Assembly: GCA_016295245.1 (NCBI GenBank)
Contig: JAEDLO010000001.1
Span: 1 to 58,803, forward strand
Direction of reading: 5' to 3'
Source of the DNA: Bacteroidales bacterium
GTDB lineage: Bacteria > Bacteroidota > Bacteroidia > Bacteroidales > UBA932
Length of the DNA: 58,803 nt
A program made the translations under genes and the position numbers. Positions within the stretch are counted from its first letter, which is position 1. The number at the start of each line of letters is the position of its first letter. Below are positions 57,845-58,803 of the stretch, one piece after another. Under the pieces are notes generated by a model. It ran no database searches. It was not told the DNA's origin and saw nothing but the letters and a program-made list of their open reading frames with translations.

Positions 57845-58803
57845 GCATCACCCAGGGTGACTCCAACGGAATAGGATATGAAGTAATAATCAAGGCTCTT
57901 GCGGATCCGCGCATCCTCGAGCAGTTCACTCCGGTCATCTACGGTTCATCGAAGCTCTTCGGCTTCTACCGCAAGACCATCCCCGAAGTCGAGCAGATGG
58001 ACACCAATGCCATCAGCAGCGCAAGCGAGGCCCACGACAAGAGAATCAACATCGTGAACTGCCTGCCGGACAGCACCTACGCCGAGCCGGGTCAGGCCAC
58101 CTCAGAGTCGGCAAAGAGTGCCATCACCGCCCTTCAGACCGCAATCAGCGAGCTCAAGGACGGCAAGATTGACGTGCTCGTAACCGGCCCGATCAACAAG
58201 AAGGCTATGTCCAACGAGGGCTTCGGCTTCCCGGGCCATACCGAATTCATCCAAAACGCCTTCGGGGTGAGCGACGTTCTGATGCTGATGGTCAGCCACA
58301 GGCTCAGACTGGCAGTCGTCACCGGCCACATTCCTCTGGCCGAGGTACCTTCATCCATCAGCGAAGAAAAGATTCTCAGCAAGCTGCGTCTGCTCAACGC
58401 TTCTCTCAAGAAGGATTTCGTCATCGACCAGCCGCGCATCGCCGTGCTGAGCCTCAACCCGCACAGCGGCGACGGAGGACTGCTTGGCAGCGAGGAGCAG
58501 GATATCATCATCCCGGCCATCAAGAAGGCTACTGACGAGGGCATACTTGCCTTCGGTCCCTTCTCTCCTGACGGCTATTTCGGACTCAACCATTTCGAGG
58601 ATTTCGATGCCACCCTCGCGATGTACCACGACCAGGGACTGGCTCCTTTCAAGGCTCTGTCTTTTGAGGACGGCGTGAACTTCACCGCCGGCCTGCCTGT
58701 AATCCGCACCTCCCCTGACCACGGCACCGCCTTTGAGATGGCCGGAAGGGACGAGGCCGATCCACGCTCAATGAGGGCTGCCATCTATACGGCTATCGAC
58801 ATC
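57820..58803 (+). CDS. pdxA: 4-hydroxythreonine-4-phosphate dehydrogenase (3'-truncated by window edge; absent from the ORF track)
   Basis: My translation from ATG 57820: VGITQGDSNGIGYE, TGPINK, FPGHTE, LNPHSG, AMYHDQGL, RTSPDHGTAF. Confidence 0.95.
   Translation, partial: MQNRKIVVGITQGDSNGIGYEVIIKALADPRILEQFTPVIYGSSKLFGFYRKTIPEVEQMDTNAISSASEAHDKRINIVNCLPDSTYAEPGQATSESAKSAITALQTAISELKDGKIDVLVTGPINKKAMSNEGFGFPGHTEFIQNAFGVSDVLMLMVSHRLRLAVVTGHIPLAEVPSSISEEKILSKLRLLNASLKKDFVIDQPRIAVLSLNPHSGDGGLLGSEEQDIIIPAIKKATDEGILAFGPFSPDGYFGLNHFEDFDATLAMYHDQGLAPFKALSFEDGVNFTAGLPVIRTSPDHGTAFEMAGRDEADPRSMRAAIYTAIDI

Overview
58.8 kb of gene-dense, mostly core chromosome from a Bacteroidales bacterium. The lineage is inferred from TAnnTTTG -7 promoter elements, S9/S46 dipeptidyl peptidases and xylan-active CAZymes. 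About 40 CDS are supported: recG (partial), a DPP5-like peptidase, uvrD/pcrA, a complete nqrABCDEF operon, an SLBB exporter-wzz-uvrA-GT2 run, GH31, GH43-CBM6, an esterase-GH51 fusion, a DPP11-like S46 peptidase, a RelA/SpoT-domain protein, aroF, pheA-like, pgi, rfbB, rnhA and pdxA (partial). There is one tRNA-Asp. I see no transposase, integrase, Cas gene or CRISPR array. Most unusual: (1) a 1.3-kb non-coding island after nqrF with three exactly 60-bp dyad-symmetric repeats, two multibranch hairpin elements and a ~170-nt polypurine tract, plus a similarly built element at 38.8 kb; (2) strong window-wide CATG avoidance; (3) several apparently leaderless genes and mirror-image -7 elements at divergent promoters; (4) two probable pseudo-enzymes, a chorismate mutase-PDT lacking one PDT lobe and an M28 peptidase lacking its Zn ligands. 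All calls come from reading the sequence and recognising motifs. No database search or folding program was run.
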